A stretch of 64,000 nt of DNA, from NCBI RefSeq assembly GCF_009914755.1, contig NC_060929.1. The stretch is one strand, 5' to 3'. The notes below the pieces were generated by a model. It ran no database searches. It saw nothing but the letters and a program-made list of their open reading frames with translations, and was not told where the DNA came from. A program made the translations under genes and the position numbers. Below are positions 14,469-28,084 of the stretch, piece after piece. The stretch is from the human T2T-CHM13v2.0 reference genome, Homo sapiens. Position 1 is the stretch's first letter. Every line of letters starts with the position of its first letter.

Positions 14469-17160
14469 CCTGGTACCTATCAACCATTGTTTTTCACCTC
14501 TAAAAATTATTTCCTTTCAAAACATGGGCCAGTGTTCTGAGGTGACCTTATTACTTGAGTGAGTAAAGGTGGTGGTTTTCTTTTTTTCTCTCTCTCTCTC
14601 ATTTGTGTCAGTGTTTTGCAAGTACAGGTCAGGTAGCCAACTCTTACCAGTCTTGATTTCCTCCTTGTGGAGTAGACCCAGTAGCTATGAGATTGAGGGT
14701 CACCTGGATTAGACTGGCTTTGGAATTTCAGGTTTTTTGAATTTTCCCAAAGCACTGGAAGAAAAAGAGTCCTTGTGAATTTTTCTTGGGAGTTTTTAGA
14801 AACCCTTACAATAGTTCTCAGTTCTCCATATTTGGATCCCAGAATGTTCCTAGCATCTAGTTTCCCTGGAACAGAGTCATCCTGTGAAAAAGGATGAATC
14901 CAATCCAGATCAGACCCTCTTGTGAGGTGATAATTTTCCATCCAGATTTCCCTGGGACCTTTCCATTTGCATTCTTGTTTTGCCTTGAAAGGCAGCTGGT
15001 GAGCTATTTCTTTTTCCTCATTGGACTTTTCATGTCCAATTACCTAGATGATTATTGCTCCTGTAAGACTGATATTTTAGAAAGAATTTGGAATAACACT
15101 GGGTTTTGAGGTGTAGCCCAACAGGATTTGACCAGGAGTCTCCATTTACAGTTCTTCAAGGCCAGTGCATTTGGTGAGCTGGTTGGAAGGAAACTTTGGA
15201 GTGTTCTAGAAAGAACTAGACCATCTGAATCACCTGTCCTGATGCCCTTGTGTGGAATAAAGGAGAAGGCACTGCCTTGTGCTGAGTACTTAAGTGTGCT
15301 GAGCACCTAGGTACTAAGTAAAGTGCTAGTTACTGTACTAAACATACCCATGGGCATGTGCTATCCCCTGAGTTTCTCCTGAACCTATGGAATATTGCCC
15401 TCATTTCCTCTATTCCCACCCCCAGCACTCCTTGAACTATCTGACATACAGGACAGCTCTCTTACCACAAGCTACCTGAATGTAAATATAATTCAAAGGA
15501 AGGACATTACAAACAGGAAATCAGCAATTGACTATGGAAGCTGAAATTGCTGTCTGGAGATGGCCAGATACTCTTTTCCTGGGTGGCTCAAGGAGTAGTC
15601 GGGTCATCTTCCCAGGGCCTCAATTGTGTCCTCTCCAAGCTGTCAGTATGGCCCTGTCATCCAAGACTTGTCCTCATCTCTGGGTTCAGTTCTCTGGGAT
15701 AATTTAAAACCTACCTCCTTCTCCCCAAGACCTCATAATCTAGATGGAAGGAAAAGGGGGACATTCTCAGTTGTTTTTCATAATCATTTTACTACTACCC
15801 TCTGTCAGATCCTGCCCCAAGTCACACCTAGCCTAATGTTTTGTACCTTGACTCAATTGTTGGCCAGCCACTCCCTTTCCCTCCAATTAGGGTGTGTCCT
15901 TGAGTTGTTTTGTATCCTCTTCTGATTATAAACTATAAACATATACATTTTGACTACTGACCCCAAGCCAAACTACAAGGAAAATATTGTCCAGAGGGTG
16001 CTAATATGGGTGCTTAAATAATATGTGAATTATTATTATTTTTTGCCAAGCCCATACCAAGATTTATTTTGTTATTAAAAATGTGTGAACTTGGTTTTGA
16101 GTATTTTACATTTGGTCATTTTGAGTTGCAGGGAGATTCTGATTTCTGCATCTTCTTCCACCCTATGGGCCAAGTGCCCTTCACTGCTACTGAAGGCTTG
16201 TTTATGGCACATGAAATTGGCTAGGTTATTAGCATGATTTGCATTTTTGTTTATGTCAGAACTGTAGGCTGAGTAATAATTCACAGTACAAAAAAGTCAG
16301 TTCAGTTTATTCATAAGGATGGCTTATGACAAAGCAGCAATTCCATTTTTATCTTCCTAGGCATGTCAGACCATTTGCTGATAGATCCTGTAGACTGGTG
16401 TTGACCTCCACATATATGAGTGAATTCAATGACCTATTGGCCCTATTGCTATAGTCAATCATCTTGACAGCCTAAATTTCTGTAGAACCTTGAGTGTATT
16501 ATTTTCTTAGACTAGTCTACAAGGGATGATAGGCAATAAATATGTTCCATGACTATTGTTTTATGTAAGCCACAAATTAAATCATATTTTCTAGTTGAAT
16601 TACATAAAAAGCTTATGATCTTTAACTGCTGAGATCCATCTTCATTCAGAATTAAATGGCAGGAGCTTCCCTTAATTTACCTGGCCAAATCAAGCAAATA
16701 TTGATTTTAAATGATCTGTATAGGTCTGAAGCTCTGGTTTGAAGATGTCTGTTTGAAAATACCTTTTGTGAAAATAAATAATAAAGTTACTCCTCCCTGT
16801 TTATCTGATTGTTAAATTTTGTCAATAATTATGATTCCTTAAAACAAAGTACAGGCTCCTATGCCCAGAATTGACAACAGAAATGGCTTTGAGATGATTC
16901 AGAACTATACTTTCTCTTATTAACATCTAATATGTATCAAAGCCTTTTCTCCCCGTTTAAGTAGAGAAGTAACCTTAAAAATATTTAAATGTGATCAAAG
17001 GATCTTGGTCATAGGATTCATGTGTAAGAAATGTCATAAATAGCCTCAATCAATTACTCATTTTTCATTTCCAAAGTTTTAAAATAGTTGACATGGAAAA
17101 AGTATTAATATGCATCGTATCTTGGAAACATGAAGAATTATCAACTATTCTGTTTCTTTA

Positions 17161-17173
17161 CCAGCAGGTGGCA
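17161..17173 (+). promoter_or_regulatory. Candidate CTCF core motif
   Basis: CCAGCAGGTGGCA matches the CTCF core CCASYAGRKGGCR; motif match only. Confidence 0.4.
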
Positions 17174-17239
17174 TGACTTGTTGCTCTGCTGGTGACAATA
17201 TAAAACCTAACCCACCCTATCACTTTAAATTGTTACATA

Positions 17240-18130
17240 ATTAAAAGAGATTCCTAAAGTACTTGCCCCAAATATAAAAGTTGAAAGTTTAATATCCTTA
17301 TGATATAAAGAGTTCTTACAAATAAATAAGTAAAACTTTAACATTTCAGTAGAAAAATAGGTGTAGGATATGAACATTCAATTTACATACACACAGAAGG
17401 TGGGTGGAGAAAGACACACATATACACATACCAAATGGCCAATAAACGTATGAAAAATGTTCAACCTCTTTATAAATTAAGGAATACAAATGAACCCAGG
17501 AAGATACACATTTTTACCTCCAAGTTGCAAGGTTTTAACAAATGATACCACTGATCACTGGCAAAGAGGACAAGATAGGCACCTTCATATTCTGCTATTT
17601 GGATATAAACAACCTTCTGAAATGAAATTTTTCAATATATATGAAGAGTCATAGAAATGCTCACGTACTTCACCCAGTAATTCCCTACCAGGAATTTATT
17701 CTATGGAAATAAGCAGAGATATGCACAAAAAATGTTATGTAAAAAAATGCTTATTGCTACGTTATTTCTCTATGTGAAAAACTGGAAAAAAACCTGAAGT
17801 TCTCAACAATAGGGCATGTATAATCAGTAATGATTAATCAATAGAATTCAGTATTTGGCCTGCATTATTATAAACCATATCTTCGAAGAATCTTTACTGA
17901 TGTGTAATGTTGAGTGACAAGGGAAGGGTTCATGAAGGTATTTTTCAATTTGATCACAATTTGATACCAAAATAATTTTTGTCTTTTCCTTGACACCCAA
18001 TTTCAATGACACCCAAATTGTAATATGGGTTATCACTGAGCAGTAGGTGAACAGGTTATTTTAATTTTCTTCCTTATCTTTTTCTGTGTTTTTTACATTT
18101 TATGCAGTGGGCACATAGTATTTTACAGTC
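17240..18130 (+). mobile_element. L1ME-type ORF2 end and 3' UTR fragment
   Basis: AAAGAGTTCTTACAAATAAATAAG, CAAATGGCCAATAAACGTATGAAAAATGTTCAACCTC, CCCAGTAATTCCCTACCAGGAATTTATTCTATGGAAAT. Confidence 0.75.
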
Positions 18131-18509
18131 AGGAAAAAGTATACACATTTTCAAAAATGGTAAGCCAAGCATTGGAGACATGAATCACTATCGCTTTTGT
18201 ATTCCTCATGGAAATGAGATTCAATAGTAAGTTACGTGTCTGGGGAAAATAGAGCTCATTTGAGTCAGAGGTTGGAAAGCTCTTATGAATACTAACCTCA
18301 GAAACCTCAAAATAGTATGTGGTAGAATAATGACATGGCACGAAAAGCCACGGATGTCAGTCTGAGTTAAGGTTAGAGTAGATACATACAACAGTCATAA
18401 GAGAAAAAAACTTACTAATCTATGATCTCCAGTTCTGGTAACCTCTAGGGTCGGTCTGTGCCTCCATATCAAACCTTTATCACAGTGCAGTGTACTGGGG
18501 CTGCTGCAA

Positions 18510-18650
18510 CTTGGAAGCCTGGGTTCTCGTTCTGGCTGCTCTGCAAATATATTTTGTACTTAACCTTGGGCAAGTCACCAACTCTCTGAACTGAGAGTTT
18601 TCTTCCAGGGCTGGATCGTTATTCATTTTTGGAGTTTGGCATTCTGATGC
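18510..18650 (+). mobile_element. MIR fragment
   Basis: CCTGGGTTCTCGTTCTGGCT...ACCTTGGGCAAGTCACCAACTCTCTGAAC. Confidence 0.6.
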
Positions 18651-19143
18651 ACTTTCTAGCCCTGCAAGGTAAGATGTAAGTCTCCGGGGTGTCTGGCCAA
18701 TGCTGAAGCAGATTGAGGCTCCTTTTGGGCCAACCCTTGGATCAGAGGTGTCCGAAGTCATCTTGGTTCAGTCGTTTTTTAATAATAAGTTGCCGTGACA
18801 TAAGTTATTGGAAAGGACCACAGTTGAGGGTAAGAAAGGCAGTTTGATTCTCTTGTGGAGGTTATAAAATGAAAGCAGAGATCTGTCCCTGAATATGAGG
18901 AAACCTCGTATATAGTTTAACAACGTATTTTTTTCTTACATAAAAATCTAAGTTTGAAATTACCATCAGACTAAATTTCATCCCATCTGTGGTAGAGATG
19001 GTTTTAAAATTGAGACTTTAGAGGCAGCAGATCTTTATCCTGTACACCTGATACATAAGAAAAGCCCAGTTCAGAGGACTTTAGTTTTTAACCTTAAAGA
19101 CAAACATATTCAGACATATATTGTATAAGGATGTATTACAAAC

Positions 19144-19439
19144 TTTTTTTTTTTTTGAGACAGGGTCTTGTTCTGTCACCCAGGCTGGAGTGCAGTGGCG
19201 CGGTCTCAGCTCACTGCAACCTCCGCCTCCAGAGGCTCAAACAGTCCTCCTGCCTCAGCCTCCCAAGTAGCTAGGACTACAGGTGCATGCCACCATGCCC
19301 AGCTAATTTTTGTATTTTTTGTAGAGACGAGGTTTTCCCATGTTGCCCAGGCTGGTCTTGAACTCCTGGGCTCAAGCAATCTGCCCTCCTCAGCCTCCCA
19401 AAGTGCTGGGATTATAGGCAAGAGCCACAGGACCTGTCC
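19144..19439 (-). mobile_element. AluJb-like
   Basis: Antisense dimer; TSD TACAAACTT (19137 / 19440). Confidence 0.9.
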
Positions 19440-19454
19440 TACAAACTTCTTTTA

Positions 19455-19660
19455 CCTTAACCATGGTATAGAAAATACAGGCTGATCCATGCATACATCT
19501 AAAATTGAAACAAAAGTTTAACAAAACAATGCCTATCCTTATTATCTGCAATGCATTATGACATTTTCTAGTCTGTTTTATTCTATACTATTAAGAAACA
19601 CTGGCTTTGACCATTTCATGCTACAGTAAAGTATTGCAGCCTTCATTTGAAGAACACTGG
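19455..19660. mobile_element. hAT-Charlie/MER-type DNA transposon relic
   Basis: Ends in TTTGAAGAACACTG, resembling the reverse complement of the CAGTGTTTTTCAAA Charlie-type terminus; family not resolved. Confidence 0.4.
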
Positions 19661-22600
19661 TATAGAGGTTTTTGAAGAGGTGCGCATAAGGGAGAGAAAA
19701 ACAACTGCATGTCCTGACAACTATTAAGTATCACTCATAAATTTATTTTCAGCAACATGGGAAAGGAAAATAGATCCTTTCTTTATTAAGTTAATTGTGA
19801 CAGAAACTGGGACAAAAATAACGTGGGAGGAACATGTTAAAAGAGGAGATTTACACATATCCAGTGTTTTCCAGCAAGAAGAATGCATCTGAAAGAGGTA
19901 AAACTGTGATTATCGAAGCAATCCTATTACACCTATGCAGATGAATGAAATCACCAACTTTAGGCAACATGAAAAAATAAAAGGGCCAAGATCAAAGTGG
20001 ACCTGGTATTATTTCTAGCGTCCATCTTGGATTTTTCTTTTTTTGTCTGAATCCCCATCTCAGGGTATGAGTCGTTATGAATCAAAGGATCACCGCCCAA
20101 TAAAACCATTCTAGACAGAAACCTTTTGGGGTTGGGGGTGCACCATTCTCCTCTTCTACAGCTTCCAGACCACTCATTGCCCATGGATACCCACCAGCCT
20201 CCCACGTTCACACGACTCCATCTGCTTTTTTTGGTGTCTGTGTCTTCTGGAGCATTGACCAGGCCAGTATAGGGTACCGTTCCCTGCACCCAGAGTTTCA
20301 CTCCCACCTCAAACTCTTTTACCTCCTGGGGTACATGTCCACGCTTTACTCCTCTCCTGCCCTCCAGCTTCTTTCTTTCTTTCCTCCCATTTCTCCTCTC
20401 TTCCCCTCCCTTTTGCCTTTGCTCTGCAGAGACACTGGTGCCGTGACACACATCTGAGCATGGCTGGTGGGGCTGACCAGTGGTCACCAGTGCAGGATTT
20501 AAGTGGTTGGAGCTTAATAGTAGCTACAAGTCTTTAATTTCTTCAGCAGGTTTTTAATGGCCTTTGATGCACGTTAGAAAAGACATGGAAAGTCCTGAAT
20601 TCAGAGCCTTCGTGCTGGGTATTGTATAGTCAGACCAGCCCTGTCTCTGGACTGAATGGGTCTCTTGAAATCATAAATGCATTGCTTAGGGATCAGTAGC
20701 CTCGGAGTGACCTTTCTCACTCATGGCTTTCCTGAGGCTCAGAAAGGCCAGGCCTTGTCCTGGGTGAGCCAGCCTCTCAGTACCCTGATGGCATGACTCA
20801 GAAAGCTGGACAATGCCCTAGAATGACTTTCTCCATTAAGCCCAAGAAATATTGCATAGAATCAGTCTGTCTGGAAATTCCTTATATGGAGAGGTTCTGA
20901 GACGATTGTATGTTTGGTTTGCAAGAGGATCATGGTTTAAAAAAAGAAAAAAAAGCCTAAGGCAGTGATATCATATTACTTACAGGCTTGGTTAAAAAAG
21001 ATAGAGAAAATACTCCTTCAAACGTTTCCACCCTAATTCTGGATTACACTGGGGACGACAGCAAATCCCATTCCACTGGTTCTGGCTGACCTTCCCTGCA
21101 TCTTGGAGCAAGGAACTCTCACTGTCTGCCTGTTTCTCCCAGCACAGCACTGCAGAGAGGCCCAGAGGCTATAAAGCCCTGCCACGTGTTTCTCCAAATG
21201 GGTGGTTTTTATTATTTCTGGAATGCAGTCCCCAGCCCCAAATCCTAATATGCTGACAAGGCAAAAGCAAAAGAGACCTGTGGAACCCCACCCAGTGACA
21301 GTTTGGTGTCCCTCCCCATCTGGGCTTGGTGCCCACCCTGTGACCCTCACTCTTCCTACTTCCCCCAAGGTGGCTGGGAGTGGAAGGCGAATTGGAGCAC
21401 ATTCAAAGCCAGAGTGGAAGGGAGTGATTTAAGATCTTCCTGTGAGATGGAGTCCTGGGCGGTCGCTTATTGTGCAGACTGGATTGTGCTATGGGATCTG
21501 CTCTGCCTGTGGAGGGGGACTGTGTTTCTACATCCACCTCATTTCATCAGGCAAGGAGGAGGGGCAGGTAGTCTGCAAAATTCCGTTATGTGGTTTAACA
21601 CAGTGAAGACCTGAAACCTCCTTGATCACCAGGAAAGAGATGGGGAAACTGTACCTAGGCGTTTCTAAGCCAGGAGACCGGAGCTCGCTGAGGAATAATT
21701 ATGTGGAAACAAATGTAAAGTTAAACCTTAAAAAGACAATTTAAAATATATTTACATAAAGTTATATACTTCTCATTTTAAAAGATGATTTAAGGAGATT
21801 TGGGCCTAAGTAAGGAGACATGAAATAAAAGAAAAAAGGGATTTTTTTTCAGGAAAAAAAGTGCTCCCCAAGTAGAACAAGAAAAATTCTCCAGCATAAG
21901 TTTCAATTAAAAAAAAAAAAAGTAAATTGACTCTAGCACATGGTATGGGGCTAAATAATAGAGTGGAGCAGAACTGTTATGGGTCATTTTTATATAGGCC
22001 GTAGTGCGTAAACATTTTCGACTGTGTTTTTTATTCTATTTCTTAATAGATGAGGGGTGGCATTGAGGCATAGAGTTTTTAAGTGATTTGAAGTCAAGAT
22101 ATAATCATTCTTGGCCCAGCTTCATAGTTCATTCTCCAAAAATAAGATTTTCTAGTTGTTGTGTGAAATCCATAGTGAAAAGTCTGATTGCATAGGTGTC
22201 CATATGCTGGAGTTCTAATCATAGATTCTTCTGTTGTGTTCTCTTGTGTGTGTGTGAGTGTGTGCGTGAGTGTGTGCAGTTGCTATAGAAAGACAAATAC
22301 CAACTAAGTGTAGAAACATCTTTGCACGTATCATAGAGAAGCTGTATAATTTTATCAGGATTCCCAGAGAAGAAAATGTGAAATGTTAGTCCCAATAATT
22401 TAGTAACAAAAGAATACACTGCCGTGTTGAGATGCCAAATAGAAAAGATAATATTTAGTGCAATCCAAGTGGCAAACAAATACATTTCCTTTTTAGGGCT
22501 ATGGGGTGAGGCAGTACAGTGAGGCCTTGTTTAAGTACCCTCAACAGAATCCAGCCTTTTAAAAACCAATTCAAGGTCATCATTATGAACGTCATCCACA

Positions 22601-22801
22601 ATTGAATTATGTCTTTATATTTGCAGTGTCTTCTTGGAGAGGACGTATCGGTTTGCCACCAGACAGAATGATGCCAGCTCTGGTTTTTTAATTCATATGT
22701 CTTTTAAAAAACATATCTGTCTTGGTATCCTCCCTCGATATCACACTGCCAGTAGTTTTTTTCTAAACTACCTTCAGTGTGCTTGTTTCTAAGTACTCTT
22801 C

Positions 22802-23344
22802 TATGTTAGTTCCCCAGGGCTGCCATAACAAAGTATCATCAACTGGGTGGCGTAAGTAACAGAAATGTATTGTCTCACATTCCAAGAGGCCGAAGGCTGG
22901 TTCCTTCTGGGGGTACTGAGGGAGAATCTGTTCCATACCTTTCTCCTCATTTCTAGTGATTTCTGCCATCCTCCCTCCTTAGCCTCCCAAGTAGCTAGAA
23001 CCACAGGTGTGCACCATCATGCCCAGCTAATTTATTTATTTTTTTTGTAAAGACAAGGTCTTGTTTTGTTGCCTAGGTAGGTCTTGAACTCCTAGGCTCA
23101 ATACTTGGCGTACTTGGCTTGTAGATGTATCATTCCATTATCTACCTCCAGTGTCACGTGGCGTGTTCTCCCTGTTTGTCTCTGTGTTTTCTCTTCTTAT
23201 TCAGTCATTGAATAAGATTCCCACCCTAATCCAGTGTGACCTCATTTTAACTAATGACTTCTATAAAGACCCTTTTTCCAAATGAGGTCACATTCTGAGG
23301 TTTCCACGTGGACATTTGTGGGGAATACTGTTCAATCTAGTACA
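22802..23344 (-). mobile_element. MLT1 (MLT1C-like) MaLR solo LTR, interrupted by an Alu fragment
   Basis: GGGCTGCCATAACAAAGTA...ACAGAAATGTATTGTCTCACA; CTTGGCTTGTAGATG; CCAAATGAGGTCACATTCTGAGGT; ends ...TACA; 5-bp TSD TCTTC/CCTTC. Confidence 0.8.
22965..23101 (-). mobile_element. Internal Alu(J) fragment lacking both termini and the poly(A) tail
   Basis: CCATCCTCCCTCCTTAGCCTCCCAAGTAGCT...GCCCAGCTAATTT...TCTTGAACTCCTAGGCTCAA, flanked on both sides by MLT1 sequence. Confidence 0.85.
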
Positions 23345-23599
23345 CCTTCCTTCTATGTTGTTGTTCTGAATCTGCTGTGGATTGGAAAATCTAGTCACTA
23401 AGCTTGTTAGACCTCCTCTCTAAAGAAGAAAAAGAGAGAGAGAGACTTGATCCCGAATCTTCCCTAAGGAGTCTTCCGTCGTATAAAGTCTTTGAGCTGT
23501 AAGTGCTTTGACTTAGTGGTATCTATTTTGCCTGCTCAGAGGCTTTCCCTCGCTCTACCTTTTAATGTTTTTTTACTGAATTCAAAGCTAAATTTTAAG

Positions 23600-23872
23600 T
23601 TTTCTTTTCAGAGACAGGATGGTGCAGGGATGCGATCATGGCTCACTGCAGCCTTGAACTCCTGGGCTCAAGAGATCCTCCCTCCTTAGCCTACAAAGTA
23701 GCTAGGACCACAGGTGTCCACCATCACGCCCAGCTAATTTTTTAATTTTTTTGTAGAGACGAGGTCTTGCTATGTTTCCCAGGCCGGTCTTGAACTCCTA
23801 GCCTCAAGCGATCCCCCCACCTCAGCTTCCCAAAAGTACTAGGATTACAGGCATGAGCCACCATGCCAGGCC
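23600..23872 (-). mobile_element. AluJo-like with a small deletion near its 3' end
   Basis: GAGACAGG joined directly to ATGGTGCAG; GCAGCCTTGAACTCCTGGGCTCAAG; ends CCATGCCAGGCC. Confidence 0.88.
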
Positions 23873-25637
23873 CACGCTGAATTTCTCACAGCTGATGCTG
23901 CTGGATAAAGAACTTCTGACACATGAAGTGTTACGCTTGGGTCTTTTAAACAGTTTTTTAGAGTGTTGGGGAGAAAATTAGCTAAGTAATGCTTCTGAGA
24001 GGTAGTCTAGGCCATGACTAGAAAGGCATGAGAAGAGGCTGCGTGGGAGAGGTACTAGAATGCACTCCTTCTTATAACTGAAACACAGATCCTTCTCTTC
24101 CCCTGGCCATCTGAGTTGTAGGAGACTGTTGTTGCTTGTGTGAGATTCTAGAGGGCCCCATCCCTGCCTATCTCTGGTGCTGCCTGTGAATTATACTCTG
24201 TTTTGGTGAAAATCACGCTCTGTCCAGCTGTGGGGAGCACTGTCTGGGACAAATTCCCTTCTCAGTTCAGTTTGTTAATAGTTTTTAAGAACTACCTTTG
24301 TGCAGATTTGTTCCCTGGACTGTTGAAAGGGAGGGCACTAGTCTTTAAAGACAGTGATAGAAACCCTAGTGGAAAATGCTCACCAACACAGTATGAAATG
24401 ATAGAAAGATACTATTGGGAATTTGGGATCTCTGGCTTCAACCTTTTTATTTCTCTGCCAAAAGAAAATACGAAACCTCAGAGGAACACAAAGAAAGAGA
24501 ATGATATTAAGCACAGAATGATTTTAATCTTTGGCAGCAACCCATATGCTTAAAAAAAAAAAAGAGGGAACCGTGTTTCCATTGTCATGCACCTGTCATT
24601 ACACTGAATGAGTTCTTTTTCTCTCTTGATGGATGGTGGTCTTAAAAGCTTGCTGTTTTTCATTAGCAAAGTGAAATGGGGTGCCAGTGCTAATGCTTTG
24701 TCATTCTGATGGAGAATAATACATGAATCAGTGTAATTATTCAGTGTTTGCATAATCAGCAAGATTTTGAAGGGGAATGTTGCACAACTCAGAAGTGGCC
24801 TAATTTCACCTGACAATATTCCATTCAGACTCCAAGCATCTCCTTCAAGAAGCAGTGAAGTGTTGGTGGATTTCCTTAAGGCCCCATACAATGATGATGG
24901 GAAATTGAGTTGTCCTAAATCACTAGTTAATTATGATACGCCCAGCGGTCACTTGGAGGTTCTTGCTCTAGATCTCAGTTTATATTCATCCCTATTGTTT
25001 TAGAAATGTCATTTATTTATCATGCATGAAGCATGACATATTGTTCCACGTGGGTTCAGTAACGAACCACCAGCCAAATCCATTAAATTTCATTGAGGAG
25101 TGAAGTAAGACCCAGAAATGTGGGCAATTTGAGAGGAATCCCCCCAGGATGGCTCAAGTTGGATAAAGAGATAGGTCAAAGAAGAGACGCATTGGGAGTG
25201 ATTTTGGAAAGCTAGGTAATTTTAATTTACACTCTTTTTTTAAAGAGAGTCTCTTTTACAAGAAAGTAGCCTATTAGTTGAGATGTTTTAGGGACCTTTG
25301 CAATGCCAGTTGGAAGGAGGGAGACTGAATTTTTTATTAACTCTTTTAAATCAATTTATTCCAGCCCAGCATGACACCAGAACCAAAAAATCTGAACAAT
25401 GCCCCAGGGCTGGATCTTACAGTGACCCAGCTCATCTAATTTGGACTAGATTGCTTTTTTCATTAAAGCTAAAAATAATGTCAGGCAGGCCACCTTTCTA
25501 GTGATTTCTGTGGGTGAATCATGTCCTATGGAGGAGGCCTTGCCTTTCTCAGACGTAGCCAGTGCCATTTGAGTCCGGGTTTGCTCCCCTTTTCTCTGTG
25601 AAGCCAGCCTGCGTTGATCTTCATGAGGGGAGTGAAC

Positions 25638-25873
25638 AATAATCGTAGATAACGTTTACTAAATGCTTCCCATGTGCCAGGTGCTGCTCTAAGCACTTTC
25701 TGTGTATGCGCCAATGTAATCCTCATAGCCTTCCAAGAGGGAGGCCCTATTATTATCCTCATGCCACCACGAGGAACCTGAGGCACAGCATGGTTAAACA
25801 GCATGCCCAAGGTCACACAGCCAGTGAGTAATGGAGATGGGGTTCAGATCCCAGCAATCTGGTCCTCAGAGCT
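25638..25873 (-). mobile_element. MIR, near full length
   Basis: ATGTGCCAGGTGCTGCTCTAAGCACTTT...GAGGAACCTGAGGCACAG...CCCAAGGTCACACAGC. Confidence 0.85.
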
Positions 25874-26140
25874 TACTGCTCAATTCTGAAGACCCTCAAA
25901 TACCACTGGGAAGTTCTTTAACTCAGGAACTTCTGTTTTCCAAGGCAGGACTCCTAAGAACCTTATAGGCTTGAGGCAAATGCATTCCATGTACAGGAAG
26001 TATGTGCTTTTGACACATAGCATCAGCCTCTTTCTGGGGCAACTGAAAACTTTTTCAAAAGCAGCACCTCCTTGGCTATGGGATGCAAGGATACTGTCAT
26101 TCACGTCTGATGGAAAAATACATTTTATCCAAATCTTCTT

Positions 26141-26445
<305 letters not shown>

Positions 26446-27659
26446 CAAAATCTTCTTAAAAAACAAAAGAAAATGGCAAAGCCTAGAACCAAGATGTCAC
26501 CTTTCTCGGTAAAGCTGAATCAGAAAGGCCCATCTTTGTTGCTGGGGCAATATCTTGAAGGTTACCTGTGCCTCATCACTTGCTCTGTAACTATTTGTAT
26601 TCCAGGTAATATGCGTCACTGGATGAATCCTTTTTAGTGATTAAAAAAAAAAAGAAAGGGGTCTCTACCCTTATGGGGTAGTGAGACATTAAGCAGATAA
26701 TCACAAAATGCAGAGAAAGAAAGGCAAGCCCCTGGCATAGATGCTTGGTCCCTGGAAGCCCAGGGCAAGGCCTGCGAGGACACGCCCCAGCTGTGCATCT
26801 GCTGGGTGATCAATTGGCCAGTATTCCTGTGCCCTCCCAGGGACTACCCATCCTCTCCTCCAGTACAGACAGAAGGTGAGTGGTGTGCTGATGGCCAGCT
26901 GGGAGGGAGGTCTTGAGAGACATGTCAGGGGAAAAAATTGGTTACTATTTGATGGAGTGGGCTTGGTGGTTTGTTGCCTGGGAAACTTGCTGACTATAAA
27001 ATGAACCAGAGGAGGATCCAGTTTGCTGTCTGCACTGACAGATTTACAGACAGGAAAACAAAGCCTTCTTACCGGATCCAAGTTAACATGAAAATTAAAA
27101 GGAGTCTATGCAAAGCGGAGTTCAGGACAGTGGTTTCTAAAGTTTCTTTTACTTACACAGGAAAGAAAATCACCCAAACTAGGTGAATGGTAAGTTTCTC
27201 TAAATGTCAGAACAATCGATTATAAGGCATTACTCAGTTTATAGCCAATTATCTACATTGATTAAGTATAAATTTCATGATAGTTATGAGAGATATTAAG
27301 ATTTTAAAAATGGAAATTATTTTATAAAATACTTTTAAAAACCCATCTTTTGCACTGCACTTATGGAACCAAAGAACAGCTTAGTCAAGCCACTTCTGAA
27401 ACTGTCTTCCATGAAAATTTCACCCTGAGGCTGCACAGGGCTCCTTAACATCCCCTCTCCTTCCTGTCTTCTGAGAATTAGGGGAACAGTCCCTCAGCCC
27501 CTCTGTTCATGGAGACCAGCTGAGACCCACAGAAGGGCCCATACCCAGGGAGATCTTTGCTGAGAGCATCTAGGAAATCAGCCACCTGTCCTTGATGTTA
27601 CCCTGCCAGTTTTGAATATCCTTCTTTTCAAATTAATTGCAGAAAGACCAGGCTAGCTA

Positions 27660-27812
27660 AAACATTCATCAGAACCACTTGGTAGGGCAGGGGTTGCACT
27701 TATGAATGTACAGTTTTCAGAGGGTCTTCCAGGGTAGGACCTGGGAATCTGCATTTTGAACAAGCTCACAAGATGATTCTTCTGTTCATCAGACTTGGAG
27801 AGCCACTGCCCT
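27660..27812. mobile_element. MER5A-like DNA transposon (hAT-Charlie)
   Basis: GGGTAGGACCTGGGAATCTGCATTTTGAACAAGCTC...GATGATTCT...GAGAGCCACTG. Confidence 0.7.
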
Positions 27813-28084
27813 AGGACGTGGATCCACTTGCCACGCACCGAGGAGATGTTGAGGTGGGAAAAGGAAACAGGAACGGGAAGGAGGTGTGTTTGCAGTAATG
27901 CAGGAGAAGACTCCTTGCTCTTTAATGCTCTTCGAAATAGCCCAGACCATGTGTTTGGACTGTGTACAAAGGGAGCAGCCACACTGTGGTGTGCTCAGGG
28001 AGAGGAGTTAGGAGATGGCAGCCTAACTCTCCAACTTGGAGCATTCACATGGCTGATCTTTCTCCTTGAACTTACTGAGGTTCT

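Noticed and set aside
19960-20487. 175-aa minus-strand ORF
   Set aside because: Kept open by a purine-rich low-complexity stretch; no recognisable domain and a non-ATG start.
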